Shown: positions 1 through 9,816 of the stretch, in pieces
How positions within the stretch are numbered: the stretch's first letter is position 1
Layout of the letters: each line of letters begins with the position of its first letter
DNA from: an uncultured Chloroflexia bacterium
GTDB taxonomy: Bacteria > Chloroflexota > Limnocylindria > Limnocylindrales > CSP1-4
Assembly (NCBI GenBank): GCA_963813335.1
Contig: CAWEYL010000001.1
Location: 686,529-750,528, forward strand
Length of the DNA: 64,000 nucleotides
Direction of reading: 5' to 3'
Translations under genes and position numbers: made by a program
Notes under the pieces: model-generated
The model's database searches: none
What the model was told of the DNA's origin: nothing
The model's input: only the letters and a program-made list of their open reading frames with translations

Positions 1-1
1 C

Positions 2-1142
<1,141 letters not shown>

Positions 1143-1143
<1 letters not shown>

Positions 1144-1931
1144 TGGCTCGCGCACACCTCGACCCGCACGTCGCCGACCGGCCCACCGTGGCCGCGCGCG
1201 GCGCGTCCGAGGCGGATGCCGGCGCCGACGGGTTCGATATCGCCGAGGCCGACCTGCCGCGCCACGTCGCGATCATCATGGACGGCAACCGGCGCTGGGC
1301 CCGTGAGGCCGGCAAGGACGAGGCCGAGGGCCACGCCGCCGGTGTCGAGGCCATCCGGCCGATCGTCCGCCACGCGGTCCGGCGGCGGATCCGCGCCCTC
1401 TCGCTCTTCGCGTTCAGCAGCGAGAACTGGTCGCGCTCGCCCGAGGAGGTCGGCGTGCTCCTGGGTCTGCTCGAGATGGCCATCCGCGACGAGACCCCGG
1501 AGCTGCGCGAGCAGGGCGTCCAGATCCGCCTGCTCGGCCGGATGGACGAGCTCCCGACAGCCACCCGGGAGTCGATCGAATTGGCGCTCGCCGAGACCGC
1601 GGACGGCGACCAGCTGATGCTCAACGTCGCGTTCAACTACTCCGGCCGTCACGAGATCGTGGATGCCGCCCGACGCTGCGTGACCGACGGGCTGACCGCC
1701 GACGAGATCGACGAGGAGGCCATCGATTCGCGGCTCTATACCACCGGCCTGCCGCCGCTCGACTTGCTCATCCGGACCGGGCGAGAGCACCGCATCAGCA
1801 ACTTCCTGATCTGGCAGGCGCAGTACGCGGAGCTCTACTTCACGGACCTGCTCTGGCCGGATTTCGGGCCGGCCGCCCTGGACGCCGCGCTCGTCGAGTT
1901 CGCCACGCGCCACCGCCGGTTCGGGCGCTAG
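1143..1931 (+). CDS. uppS: isoprenyl transferase / undecaprenyl-diphosphate synthase
   Basis: PRHVAIIMDGNRRWA, FAFSSENWSR and IRTGREHRISNFLIWQAQYAELYF motifs. GTG 1143 overlaps the frr stop. The start is uncertain; an in-frame GTG lies about 45 nt downstream. Confidence 0.88.
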
Positions 1932-1951
1932 GGACGCGGGCGGGACAGCCG

Positions 1952-2779
1952 ATGCGTCAGCGCGCGATCACGGCCGCCATCCTCGTCCCCGTCCTGCTCG
2001 TGGTCCTCGCGATCGGCGGGCCGCTGCTCGCCGCCGGCGTCGCGGTCGTCACCGCCCTGGCCGCGCTGGAGGTCTTCCGCCTCCTGCGCAGCGCGGGCTA
2101 CCCGACCTTCGCCCTGCTCGGGACGGCGCTGGCGCTCGTCGTCGTCCTCGAAGCCGCGTTCCCGACCATCCTCGATGGGAGCGGGCTCCTCTTCGTCGCG
2201 GTCGGGATCGTTCTCGTAGCGGTCGCCGCCTTCAGCCGCACCGATCCCCGTGAGGGGCTCTCGACGTGGATGGCGACCGTCTACGGCGCGCTCTACGTCT
2301 CGCTGCTCTCGTTCGTGCTGCGGCTCGGCGATGCCGTCCCGGCCCTGCCCGGCAGCTCGCCGATCGCCGGTCTCGGCCCGGAGCGGGCGTGGATCCTGCT
2401 GCTGATCCTGTCGGTCTGGGCCTACGACACCGGCGCCTACCTCGTCGGCAAGCGGTTCGGGCGGGCCAAGTTCCTGACCCACATCTCGCCGTCGAAGACC
2501 TATGCCGGGCTCGTCGGCGGCATCGTCGCCACGACCGTCGTCGTCGCCCTCGGCCTGTGGGCGGTCGGCGTGACCCCGCTCCACGCTCTCGTGCTCGGGC
2601 CGCTGACCGCGCTGTCCGCGCAGGCCGGCGACCTCGCCGAATCCGTGCTCAAGCGCGCCGCCGGGGCCAAGGACTCCGGGACGCTCATCCCGGGGCACGG
2701 CGGGATGCTCGACCGCGTCGACTCGTTCCTCTTCGCGGCGCCCGTCGTCACCCTCTATGTCGTCGCCTTCATCGCCTGA
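1952..2779 (+). CDS. cdsA: phosphatidate cytidylyltransferase
   Basis: Polytopic membrane protein with the C-terminal CTP_transf_1 signature SVLKRAAGAKDSGTLIPGHGGMLDRVDS. Position after uppS fits. Confidence 0.9.
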   Translation: MRQRAITAAILVPVLLVVLAIGGPLLAAGVAVVTALAALEVFRLLRSAGYPTFALLGTALALVVVLEAAFPTILDGSGLLFVAVGIVLVAVAAFSRTDPREGLSTWMATVYGALYVSLLSFVLRLGDAVPALPGSSPIAGLGPERAWILLLILSVWAYDTGAYLVGKRFGRAKFLTHISPSKTYAGLVGGIVATTVVVALGLWAVGVTPLHALVLGPLTALSAQAGDLAESVLKRAAGAKDSGTLIPGHGGMLDRVDSFLFAAPVVTLYVVAFIA

Positions 2780-4007
2780 TCGCGGGGCCGACCCGCAGGC
2801 GCCCCTTCGCGTCGCCCTCATCGGCTCGACCGGCTCGATCGGCCGGCAGACGGTCGACGTCCTCGCCGGGCACCCTGAGGCGTTCGAGGTGGTCGCCCTG
2901 GCGGCCGGGACGGACGCCGCGACGCTCGCCGAGCAGGCCGCACGGCTGCAGCCGCGGGCGGTGACCCTGGCCGACCACGCGGCCCTGGCCGCCATGGACC
3001 TGCCCGGCGGCACCGAGCGCGTGGCGGGCGAGGATGCCCTCGAGATGCTCGCGGTCCGCGACGACGTGGACATGGTCGTCGTGGGGACGAGCGGGGTCGT
3101 GAGCCTGCGGCCGGTCCTCGCCGCGCTGCACGCCCGCAAGGTGGTCGCGACGGCGAACAAGGAGACGCTCGTGGCGGGCGGCCACCTCGTGATGCCGCTG
3201 GCCCGGGCCCACGCGACGGCCGTCGCGGCGATGGCGCCGCTCGACCCGTTCGCGAGCCCGCTGGCCTGGCTGCGGCCGATCGATTCCGAGCACTCCGCGA
3301 TCTGGCAGAGCCTCGTCGGCGAATCGATGGCCGACGTGGCTGCGCTGATCCTCACCGCCTCGGGCGGGCCGTTCCTCGACGCGAGCGTCGAGACGCTCGC
3401 GGCGGTCACGCCGCAACAGGCCCTCCGACACCCGACGTGGGCGATGGGCGCCAAGATCACGATCGACTCGGCGACGCTCGCGAACAAGGGCCTGGAGGTC
3501 ATCGAGGCACACTGGCTGTACGATGTCGGCTACGACGCCATCGAGGTCGTCATCCACCCGCAGAGCGTCGTCCACTCCGCCGTGCGGTTCCGCGACGGCT
3601 CCCTGAAGGCCCAGCTGGGTACCCCTGACATGCGACTCCCCATCCAGTACGCGCTGACGTACCCGCGCCGCCTGCCGTCGCCGGCGGCGGCCCCGGACCT
3701 CCCGGCCATCGGTCGGCTCGAGTTCCGCGCCCCCGACGAGGACCGGTTCCCGGCACTCCGCATCGCCCGCGAGGCGGGACGCCGCGGACCGCGCGCCTCT
3801 GCCGCGCTCATCGCGGCGGACGAGGTCGCCGTCTCGAGGTTCCTCGACGGCACCCTGTCGTTCACGGGCATCCCGGCGTTACTCGAGGCCGCGGTGTCGC
3901 GCTTCGGCGACGACGGCGATGCCGAGCCTGATGTCGAGGCCCTCGTCGAGCTCGATCTCGCCGTCCGGGCGGCCTTCGCGAGCGGCCCGGTGGGAGCCGG
4001 CGCATGA
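2757..4007 (+). CDS. dxr: 1-deoxy-D-xylulose 5-phosphate reductoisomerase
   Basis: VALIGSTGSIGRQT NADPH-binding motif, ANKE, PIDSEHSAIWQ and HPQSVVHS motifs. The only canonical start is ATG 2757, which overlaps cdsA by 23 nt. Confidence 0.92.
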   Translation: MSSPSSPDRGADPQAPLRVALIGSTGSIGRQTVDVLAGHPEAFEVVALAAGTDAATLAEQAARLQPRAVTLADHAALAAMDLPGGTERVAGEDALEMLAVRDDVDMVVVGTSGVVSLRPVLAALHARKVVATANKETLVAGGHLVMPLARAHATAVAAMAPLDPFASPLAWLRPIDSEHSAIWQSLVGESMADVAALILTASGGPFLDASVETLAAVTPQQALRHPTWAMGAKITIDSATLANKGLEVIEAHWLYDVGYDAIEVVIHPQSVVHSAVRFRDGSLKAQLGTPDMRLPIQYALTYPRRLPSPAAAPDLPAIGRLEFRAPDEDRFPALRIAREAGRRGPRASAALIAADEVAVSRFLDGTLSFTGIPALLEAAVSRFGDDGDAEPDVEALVELDLAVRAAFASGPVGAGA

Positions 4008-5104
4008 CCGGGTTCGTCCAGTCGGTCATCACGATCGTCCTGTTCGTCCTCATCCTCGGGGTGCTCGTGGTCATCCATGAGCTCGGCCACTTCGTGACCG
4101 CGCGCCTCGCCAACGTGCGCGTCCTGGAGTTCGGGATCGGCTTCCCGCCGCGGGCCAGGGTCCTGCGCTCGAAGGGGGAGACCCTCTACACGCTCAACTA
4201 CCTGCCGCTGGGCGGGTTCGTCAAGCTCGACGGCGAGGACGGCGACGCCGTCACCGACCCGCGCTCGTTCTCCTCGAAGTCGTTGCCGGTCCGGCTCTGG
4301 ATCCTGGTCGCGGGCGTGCTGATGAACGTGCTGCTGGCCTTCGTCATCTTCACGGCGCTGGCTTTCCACGGCGATCCCACCTTCGGTCTCCAGGTCGGCA
4401 CGGTCCAGCCGGACTCGCCCGCGCAGGCAGCCGGCGTCCAGAGCGGCGACGTGGTCGTCTCGGTCAACGGGGCGCCGTTCGGCGCGTTCGACACGGCCGG
4501 CCCGAGCGAATCGCTCGCGGCGCACGCGGGCGAGACGGTGGCCGTCGGGTTCGAGCGGCCGGGCGCCGCGGACTTCACGCTCGACGTCACCCTGCGCACC
4601 CCGGCGGAGATCGTCGCCCACCCGGGCGCCCTCGGCGTCAGCGACTCGAAGGTGGTCCTGACCGAGAACGTGATCTCCTACACGCCCGTCGAGGCCATCC
4701 AGGTCGGCGCCCAGCGGACGGTCGCCGCGCTCGGCCTGATCATCGGTGGGCTCGGCGCGCTGGTCCACTCGGTCGCGACGAACCCCACCGGAGCGCCGCC
4801 CGTCTCCGGTCCCGTCGGGATCGCCACGCAGATCGGTGACGTCTTCTGGCAGCTCGGCCCGCTCTTCACGCTCTATGTCGCCGCCGTGCTGTCCGCGAAT
4901 CTCGCGGTCGTCAACGTGCTGCCGTTCCCGCCGCTCGATGGCGGCCGGATGCTCATGATCACGCTCAAGCGCTTCTTCGGCGCACGGATCAGCCTCCGCG
5001 CCGAGCAGATGACCTACGTCGTCGGGTTCGTGTTCCTGTTCGGGTTCATCATCTGGGTCACCGGGTTCGACATCGCCAGGATCGTGACCGGCGGCCGGAC
5101 ATGA
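4004..5104 (+). CDS. rseP: M50 site-2 zinc metalloprotease (RseP/Rip1-like)
   Basis: HELGHF zinc motif, a central PDZ-like segment (PAQAAGVQSGDVVVSVNG) and the C-terminal NLAVVNVLPFPPLDGG motif. ATGA overlap with the dxr stop. Sits in dxr-rseP-ispG synteny. Confidence 0.9.
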   Translation: MTGFVQSVITIVLFVLILGVLVVIHELGHFVTARLANVRVLEFGIGFPPRARVLRSKGETLYTLNYLPLGGFVKLDGEDGDAVTDPRSFSSKSLPVRLWILVAGVLMNVLLAFVIFTALAFHGDPTFGLQVGTVQPDSPAQAAGVQSGDVVVSVNGAPFGAFDTAGPSESLAAHAGETVAVGFERPGAADFTLDVTLRTPAEIVAHPGALGVSDSKVVLTENVISYTPVEAIQVGAQRTVAALGLIIGGLGALVHSVATNPTGAPPVSGPVGIATQIGDVFWQLGPLFTLYVAAVLSANLAVVNVLPFPPLDGGRMLMITLKRFFGARISLRAEQMTYVVGFVFLFGFIIWVTGFDIARIVTGGRT

Positions 5105-5185
5105 CCTCGCCCGACCAGCTGCGTCCTCGGCGCCAATCCTCCGACCGATGCGCTCCACCGAGCGCGCTCGGACGTCGGAGCGGCC

Positions 5186-6418
5186 GTGGTCGGTAAGCCG
5201 ATCCGTCGGAGTTCCGTCAGCGTCGACGTCGGCGGGGTGCTGGTCGGCAGTGCGCACCCGGTCGTCGTCCAGTCGATGACCAACACCGACACCGCCGACG
5301 CGGACGGGACCGCGCTCCAGGTCGCCCGGCTGGCCCACGCCGGCTCGCAGCTCGTCCGCGTGACGGTCAACACGGAGGAGGCGGCCGCAGCGGTCCCCGA
5401 GATGGTCCGCAAGGTCCGCGGCCTCGGCGTGGACGTGCCGATCGTCGGCGACTTCCACTACAACGGCCACCAGCTGCTGGTGGCGTATCCGGAGACGGCC
5501 CGCCTGCTGGCGAAGTACCGGATCAACCCCGGCAACGTCGGCGGGAAGCGCCACGACGAGCACTTCGCGACGATCGTCAAGGTCGCCATCGACAACGACA
5601 AGCCGGTCCGCATCGGGGTGAACTGGGGCTCGCTCGACCAGGCCGTCCTGACCGAACTCATGGACGCCAACGCGACCGCCCCCGAGCCGCGCGACGCCCG
5701 CGACGTGATGATCGACGCCATGCTCGAGTCCGCGATGCGCTCGGCCGAGCTCGCCGAGGCGACCGGCATGCGCCACGACCGCATCATCCTCTCGGCGAAG
5801 GTGAGCGGCGTCCGCGACCTGGTCGATACGTACCGCCGGCTGGCCGCGCGCTCCGACTACCCGCTCCACCTCGGGCTGACCGAGGCCGGGATGGGCGACA
5901 AGGGCGTCATCGCCTCGACCGCGGGGCTGTCGATCCTGCTCAACGAGGGGATCGGCGACACGATCCGCGTCTCGCTCACGCCGGAGCCCGGCGCGCCGCG
6001 CGAGCGCGAGGTCGAGATCGCCCAGCAGGTGCTCCAGTCCATGGGGCTGCGCTCATTCCTGCCCCAGGTCAGCGCCTGCCCGGGCTGCGGCCGCACTACC
6101 AGCACGTTCTTCCAGGAGATGGCGCAGCAGATCCAGGGCTACCTCAAGGACCGGATGCCCGTCTGGCGCGAGACCCATCCCGGCGCCGAGGACCTGCGCG
6201 TGGCGGTCATGGGCTGTGTGGTCAACGGCCCGGGCGAATCGAAGCACGCGGACATCGGGATCTCCCTGCCGGGCACCTTCGAGGAACCGGTCGCGCCGGT
6301 CTTCATCGACGGCCGGCTCGACCGGACGCTGCGCGGCGACGGGCTGGTCGACGAGTTCATCGGGATCCTGGAGGCGTACGTCGCCGAGCGGTTCCCGACC
6401 CCGGTCACGACCCACTGA
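5186..6418 (+). CDS. ispG: 4-hydroxy-3-methylbut-2-en-1-yl diphosphate synthase (flavodoxin)
   Basis: GcpE family: [21 protein letters not shown], and C-terminal Fe-S cysteines in ACPGCGRT and [10 protein letters not shown]. Confidence 0.93.
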   Translation: MVGKPIRRSSVSVDVGGVLVGSAHPVVVQSMTNTDTADADGTALQVARLAHAGSQLVRVTVNTEEAAAAVPEMVRKVRGLGVDVPIVGDFHYNGHQLLVAYPETARLLAKYRINPGNVGGKRHDEHFATIVKVAIDNDKPVRIGVNWGSLDQAVLTELMDANATAPEPRDARDVMIDAMLESAMRSAELAEATGMRHDRIILSAKVSGVRDLVDTYRRLAARSDYPLHLGLTEAGMGDKGVIASTAGLSILLNEGIGDTIRVSLTPEPGAPREREVEIAQQVLQSMGLRSFLPQVSACPGCGRTTSTFFQEMAQQIQGYLKDRMPVWRETHPGAEDLRVAVMGCVVNGPGESKHADIGISLPGTFEEPVAPVFIDGRLDRTLRGDGLVDEFIGILEAYVAERFPTPVTTH

Positions 6419-6426
6419 CGCGGCTC

Positions 6427-7968
6427 GTGTCCGCGACGTCCCGACGCCGCGACCGCGCGTGGCCGTGGCTCGCCCTCGCGCTGATCGTGCTGGTCGGCGT
6501 CGGCCTGCGGGCGATCCCGCTCCTCCGCTCCGGCGGGCTCTTCTCCGGCATCCAGTACGACGACGGTGTCCACCTCTGGGGTGCCGCCCTGCTCGCCGGC
6601 GGGCACCTGCCGTACGCCGATTTCACCTTCCTGCACCCGCCCGGCATCATGCTCGCCATGGCGCCGTTCGGGGCGCTCGTCGACGGCGGGGATCCGCGCA
6701 CGGCGCTGGTCCTCAGCCGCTGGCTCGTGGTGCTCGTCGCGGCCCTGAACATCCTCCTGATCGCGGACCTCGGGCGCCGCTGGCGCGGCTGGCCGACCGG
6801 CCTCCTCGCCGCGAGCCTGTATGCCGTGAGCCTGGGGGCGCTGATCGCCGATGCGACGATCCTCCTCGAGCCCTTCCTGAGCCTCGCCTGCCTTGCCGCG
6901 CTCGACGTCTGGCTCGCCGGCGAGCGCAGTCGCCAGACGGCGCTCCGCTGCGTGGTCGTCGGCGCGCTGCTGGCGATCGGGCTCGCCTTCAAGCTGTGGG
7001 CCGCGGCCTACATCGTCGTCATCGGCGGGGTCTTCCTGCTGCGCGGCTCGTGGCGCGAACTCGCATGGACGGCCGTCGGTGGCGTCGTGGCCGGGGCCGT
7101 GCTGATCCTGCCATTCGTGGCGGCGGCCCCGGCTGCCTTCGTCCAGCAGGTCCTCGCGGTGCAGGCTGCCCGGTCCGCCGACGGCATCGACGTCCCCGCG
7201 GACCGGCTGACCGCGATGTTCGCCTTCGGGCCGGTCGGGGTCGGCGGGCAGGCGGTGGTCGGCGTGGCCGCGGCGGTCCTCGTGCTCGCGCTGGCCGGCG
7301 TCGTCGCCTGGCGCGGCGGGATGTTCGGCGCGGTCCTGGCGGCGCTCCTGGCGCTCATGACCGCGATGTTCATCCTGTCGCCGAGCTTCTACGACCACTA
7401 CCCGGCGTTCCTCGTGCCGATCGCCGCGCTCGTGATCGCGGGCGCGACGACCCTTGCGCTGGAGGCGCTCGGCCGGCGCGCACCGCGGCCGGCGACGACC
7501 GCTGCCGCCCTGCTCGTCGTCGCCGTGCTGGTCGGGGTCGGCGGGGTCCGGGCCATCCGCCAGACCATGCTCGGTCCCGGCCCGGAGGACCTCGGCGCGC
7601 AGATCGCGCGACTCGTCCCGGCCGATGCCTGCATCACCGCGGATGACCCCACCTGGCTGCTCGTCGCCGGGAGGTCACCACGTCCCGCTGCCGGCCAGCG
7701 ACCGGTCGCCGACCTCTTCGGGGAGCGGGTCTTCCGCGCGACCGCCGGTGGCACGATCCGGTTCCCGACGACCGGCGAGCTGCTGCTGGACGATGCCAGC
7801 CAGGATGCCCTTGCGAGCTACCTCGAGAGCTGCCCGTACGTGGTGCTCGGGGACGTCAAGGACGACACGTGGGCGGAGGACCGCTGGGCGGCCTTCACGG
7901 CCAGTCATCGCCTGATCGCGGACTGGACGGCCACCGGCGGGCCGCAGGTCTGGCAGGCCGCGTCCTGA
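6427..7968 (+). CDS. polytopic membrane protein, putative GT-C type glycosyl/mannosyltransferase
   Basis: About 12 predicted hydrophobic helices. It has an early loop DDGVHLWGAALLAGGHLPYADFTFLHPPG, as in GT-C (PMT/ArnT/DUF2029-like) enzymes, and a soluble C-terminal tail. Family assignment is tentative. Confidence 0.5.
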   Translation: MSATSRRRDRAWPWLALALIVLVGVGLRAIPLLRSGGLFSGIQYDDGVHLWGAALLAGGHLPYADFTFLHPPGIMLAMAPFGALVDGGDPRTALVLSRWLVVLVAALNILLIADLGRRWRGWPTGLLAASLYAVSLGALIADATILLEPFLSLACLAALDVWLAGERSRQTALRCVVVGALLAIGLAFKLWAAAYIVVIGGVFLLRGSWRELAWTAVGGVVAGAVLILPFVAAAPAAFVQQVLAVQAARSADGIDVPADRLTAMFAFGPVGVGGQAVVGVAAAVLVLALAGVVAWRGGMFGAVLAALLALMTAMFILSPSFYDHYPAFLVPIAALVIAGATTLALEALGRRAPRPATTAAALLVVAVLVGVGGVRAIRQTMLGPGPEDLGAQIARLVPADACITADDPTWLLVAGRSPRPAAGQRPVADLFGERVFRATAGGTIRFPTTGELLLDDASQDALASYLESCPYVVLGDVKDDTWAEDRWAAFTASHRLIADWTATGGPQVWQAAS

Positions 7969-7993
7969 CGCGGTCCCGGGACCGGTCTCCCGA

Positions 7994-8022
7994 TTGAGCG
8001 TCCACCCATCCGGGTGTATACT
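7994..8022 (+). promoter_or_regulatory. sigma70-like promoter for nusA operon (TTGAGC-17 nt-TATACT)
   Basis: The -35 TTGAGC (7994-7999) and -10 TATACT (8017-8022) have a 17-nt spacer. They lie in a conspicuously AT-richer patch of a very GC-rich genome, about 100 nt upstream of the nusA start. Confidence 0.5.
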
Positions 8023-8050
8023 CCACGTCCAACTGAACGGCCGCTCCGTG

Positions 8051-8077
8051 ACGTGGGTGACCCCCACGTTTTGTTTT
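8051..8077 (+). terminator. intrinsic-terminator-like hairpin in nusA 5' leader (candidate attenuator)
   Basis: Stem ACGTGGG (8051-8057) pairs with CCCACGT (8063-8069) around loop TGACC. TTTGTTTT (8070-8077) follows directly. It sits between the promoter and the nusA SD (GGAGG at about 8111). Confidence 0.5.
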
Positions 8078-8119
8078 GAGCGGCGCGCGAATACCGACTA
8101 CAGCGAAACGGAGGCCATC

Positions 8120-9502
8120 GTGAGTCGAGACTTCGTCGGTGCCCTCCTGCAACTCAACGCCGAAAAGCAGATCTCCCGCGAACAGCTGATCGGCGCCGTC
8201 GAGGACGGCATCCAGTCCGCCTATCGCCGCGTCGCCGGTGACGAGGACATCCACGTCCGGATCGATGCCGAGACCGGCAAGATCCGGGTCTACCGCGCCC
8301 GCCGCGTCGTCGAGGAGATCGAGGACGAGTTCACGGAGATGACCGTCGACCAGGCGCAGGCCTTCGACAAGACCGCCAGCGTCGGCGATCTCGTCGAGAC
8401 CGAGCAGCTCGACGGCGACGTCTTCGGCCGGATCGGCGCCCAGACCGCCAAGCAGATCGTCCTGCAGCGCATCCGCGAGGTCGAGCGCGACCAGGTCTTC
8501 GACCAGTTCGCGAACCGCGAGGGCGAGCTGATCACCGGTACCGTCAACCGTGTCGAGCCGCGCGGCCTGATCCTCGACGTCGGCAAGGGCGTCGAAGCGG
8601 TGCTGCGACCGTCCGAGCAGAGCGCCCTCGAGCATTACCGCATCGGGCAGAACGTCAAGGCGTTCGTCCTCGAGGTCCGCCGTGCGACGCGCGGCCCCGA
8701 GATCCTCGTGAGCCGTACCCACAAGGGCTTCCTCAAGCGCCTGTTCGAGCTCGAGGTCCCGGAGATCCACAGCGGCACGGTCGAGATCAAGGCGATCGCC
8801 CGCGAGGCGGGCAGCCGCTCGAAGGTCGCCGTCGCGTCCCGGCAGGACGGCCTCGACCCGGTCGGGGCGACGGTCGGCCAGCGCGGCGCGCGCGTCCAGG
8901 CCGTGGTCGCCGAGCTGTCGGGCGAGAAGATCGACGTGATCCCCTGGAACGACGACGCCGGCGTCTTCGTCGCCAACGCCCTGAGCCCGGCGCAGGTGAT
9001 CTCCGTCGACATCGACGAGGAGCACCGCATCGCGAGCGTCACGGTCCCGGAGCGGATGCTGTCGCTGGCCATCGGCCGGGAGGGCCAGAACGCCCGGCTC
9101 GCGGCGCGGCTGACCGGCTGGCGCATCGATATCCGCAGCGACGTGTCCGTCGCCGAAGCCCGCGCGGCCGCTGACGCGGCCCCGGTCGTCGTGGACGAGG
9201 TTCCGGCCGTCGCGCCCGCCCCCGATGCCGTCGAGGCGCCGGCCAAGCCGAAGCGGGCCACCAGGAAGGTCGCCGTCGCGGCGGATGCCGCCGACGCTGC
9301 CCCGGCGGAGACGACCGTCGATGCGCCCGTGGCGCCCGAGACGCCAGCGGCACCCGCCAAGCCGAAGCGCGCCACCAAGAAGGCCGCCGAGACGACCGAA
9401 GCGGTCGCCGAGATCGCGGTCGCCGAGACCCCGGCCGCGGCACCCGCCAAGCCGAAGCGCACCACCAAGAAGGCGGCCGCAGCGGACGAGGTGACGTCGT
9501 AG
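8120..9502 (+). CDS. nusA: transcription termination/antitermination factor NusA with Lys-rich repeat tail
   Basis: NusA N-terminal domain (LLQLNAEKQISREQLIGAVEDGIQSAY), S1 (ELITGTVNRVEPRGLILDVG) and two KH domains (...AIGREGQNARLAARLTGWRIDIRS). GTG 8120 is preceded by GGAGG. The last ~110 aa are a low-complexity Ala/Pro/Lys tail. Confidence 0.92.
   Translation: MSRDFVGALLQLNAEKQISREQLIGAVEDGIQSAYRRVAGDEDIHVRIDAETGKIRVYRARRVVEEIEDEFTEMTVDQAQAFDKTASVGDLVETEQLDGDVFGRIGAQTAKQIVLQRIREVERDQVFDQFANREGELITGTVNRVEPRGLILDVGKGVEAVLRPSEQSALEHYRIGQNVKAFVLEVRRATRGPEILVSRTHKGFLKRLFELEVPEIHSGTVEIKAIAREAGSRSKVAVASRQDGLDPVGATVGQRGARVQAVVAELSGEKIDVIPWNDDAGVFVANALSPAQVISVDIDEEHRIASVTVPERMLSLAIGREGQNARLAARLTGWRIDIRSDVSVAEARAAADAAPVVVDEVPAVAPAPDAVEAPAKPKRATRKVAVAADAADAAPAETTVDAPVAPETPAAPAKPKRATKKAAETTEAVAEIAVAETPAAAPAKPKRTTKKAAAADEVTS
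9242..9472 (+). repeat. three near-identical 27-39 bp repeats encoding (A)PAKPKR(A/T)T(K/R)K
   Basis: GCCAAGCCGAAGCG(G/C)(G/A)CCACCA(G/A)GAAG occurs at 9242-9268, 9356-9382 and 9446-9472. Copies 2 and 3 match over about 39 bp with one mismatch. Confidence 0.85.
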
Positions 9503-9588
9503 GCGCGGCCGCCCGCGCGTCGGCTCCCCGGCGCGTCCCGAACCGCTCCTGCGTCGTCTGTCGGACGGTCTACCCGAAACGGGAGCTG

Positions 9589-9816
9589 TTGCGTATCGTT
9601 CGGACGCCGGACGGCTCGGTCGTGGCCGACCCGACCGGCCGACTGGCCGGGCGCGGCGCCTATGTCTGCCACCAGGAAGCCTGCCGTTCGCAGGCGATCA
9701 GCAAGGGTGCCCTGAGCCGGGCACTCCACACCGCCGTCCCGAGCGACGTCAAGGCGACGCTCGAGGCAGCCATCATCACCGACACCACCGAAGGAGGAGC
9801 CCGTGGCCAGGAGTAG
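9589..9816 (+). CDS. ylxR: YlxR/DUF448 family RNA-binding protein (true start probably upstream)
   Basis: [28 protein letters not shown] is the YlxR core. The conserved RSCVVCRTVYPKREL segment is encoded in frame upstream (about 9544-9588), but no ATG/GTG/TTG precedes it. Confidence 0.8.
   Translation: MRIVRTPDGSVVADPTGRLAGRGAYVCHQEACRSQAISKGALSRALHTAVPSDVKATLEAAIITDTTEGGARGQE

Noticed and set aside
3530-5869. 779-aa minus-strand ORF, plus similar long antisense ORFs at 1928..3502, 34277..36835, 45217..47703 and 50118..52121.
   Set aside because: All overlap strongly supported genes on the opposite strand. All are stop-poor only because of GC content, and none has family motifs.
9039-9494. 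ORFs 9039..9443 (-) and 9225..9494 (+) inside the nusA tail.
   Set aside because: They are Arg/Pro-rich off-frame readings of the Ala/Pro/Lys repeat region. The nusA frame is continuous with the KH domains.
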